The notes under the pieces were generated by a model. It saw only the letters and a list, made by a program, of their open reading frames with translations, searched no databases and was not told where the DNA came from. Made by a program: the position numbers and the translations under genes. This document shows positions 63,658-64,000 of a stretch of 64,000 nt of DNA, in pieces. The stretch lies in IMG/VR virus record IMGVR_UViG_3300027770_000003. The stretch is one strand, 5' to 3'. This stretch comes from an uncultured virus (IMG/VR IMGVR_UViG_3300027770_000003) (taxonomy: Duplodnaviria > Heunggongvirae > Uroviricota > Caudoviricetes). Within the stretch, counting starts at the first letter, position 1, and each line of letters starts with the position of its first letter.

Positions 63658-64000
63658 CTAATTGAAGAACGGATTCTCACCAACTTGAATAGTAGGCATA
63701 GTATCATGAACTGTCATAGCGCAGGCAAGGGCCAAGGAATCTGGGTAGTCATCAAAAGCGCCCTTTTCATTAGGGGCTTCTGCCAACATATAAGGACCCC
63801 GATACACCTTTTCAAGATCGTTCATTTGTTGATTAAATCTTTTCCAATTTCTTGTCCTACGGGCCTTGGAGTGACCAGGGATGACTAATTGTTCTCGCTG
63901 AATAAGTTCAGTTAAATGAATCCATCTTTCGTTCTGAGCCTTAGAGTCAGAACTCATTGCTATAACTTCCCTGTCGGGCATAAGTATCTTTAGGCGCTCT
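63658..64000 (-). CDS. terL: Terminase large subunit, C-terminal nuclease domain (5' part outside the window)
   Basis: Frame open to the window edge; AFDDYPDSLALAC motif; position upstream of the portal module. Confidence 0.75.
   Translation of the reverse strand, partial: ERLKILMPDREVIAMSSDSKAQNERWIHLTELIQREQLVIPGHSKARRTRNWKRFNQQMNDLEKVYRGPYMLAEAPNEKGAFDDYPDSLALACAMTVHDTMPTIQVGENPFFN

Noticed and set aside
883..63888. All plus-strand ORFs in the six-frame track
   Set aside because: They are shadows of minus-strand genes, with no recognisable motifs or convincing RBS
1..64000. tRNA, rRNA, integrase, transposase, intron/intein or diversity-generating retroelement
   Set aside because: No cloverleafs, recombinase or reverse-transcriptase motifs seen; the intergenic gaps are accounted for by small ORFs or hairpins

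Overview
The window is a 64-kb segment of a large contractile-tailed (myovirus) phage of Actinobacteria. The host is inferred from two WhiB genes, and the gene order resembles mycobacteriophage cluster C / Rhodococcus phage E3-type phages. All credible protein genes are on the minus strand. Read right to left (the direction of transcription), the modules are: terminase C-terminus; virion and lysis genes; a metallophosphoesterase + HslV/proteasome-like protease cassette; portal-scaffold-capsid; neck, sheath, tube, tape measure and baseplate; a replication block (HTH initiator with internal iterons, DnaC-like loader, DnaB, primase, SNF2 helicase, gp32-like SSB, PolA, RecA, nucleases); TauD-like dioxygenase and SpoVS; a cluster of low-complexity and small paralogous proteins; nucleotide-modification-like genes; and a dense early/accessory region of small ORFs. 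The most notable unannotated signals are five. (1) About 20 co-oriented copies of an asymmetric motif (minus strand AAA-N2-3-TGTAATGTC) across the first 16 kb, lying in promoters, at stop codons and inside genes in two reading frames. (2) A candidate three-hairpin sRNA whose loops are complementary to the shared early-gene leader. (3) A candidate antisense RNA over the replication-initiator leader. (4) Peptide motifs shared among small or disordered proteins and the tape measure protein. (5) A catalytically degenerate TGT/DpdA-like protein. All calls come from reading by eye; no searches were run.
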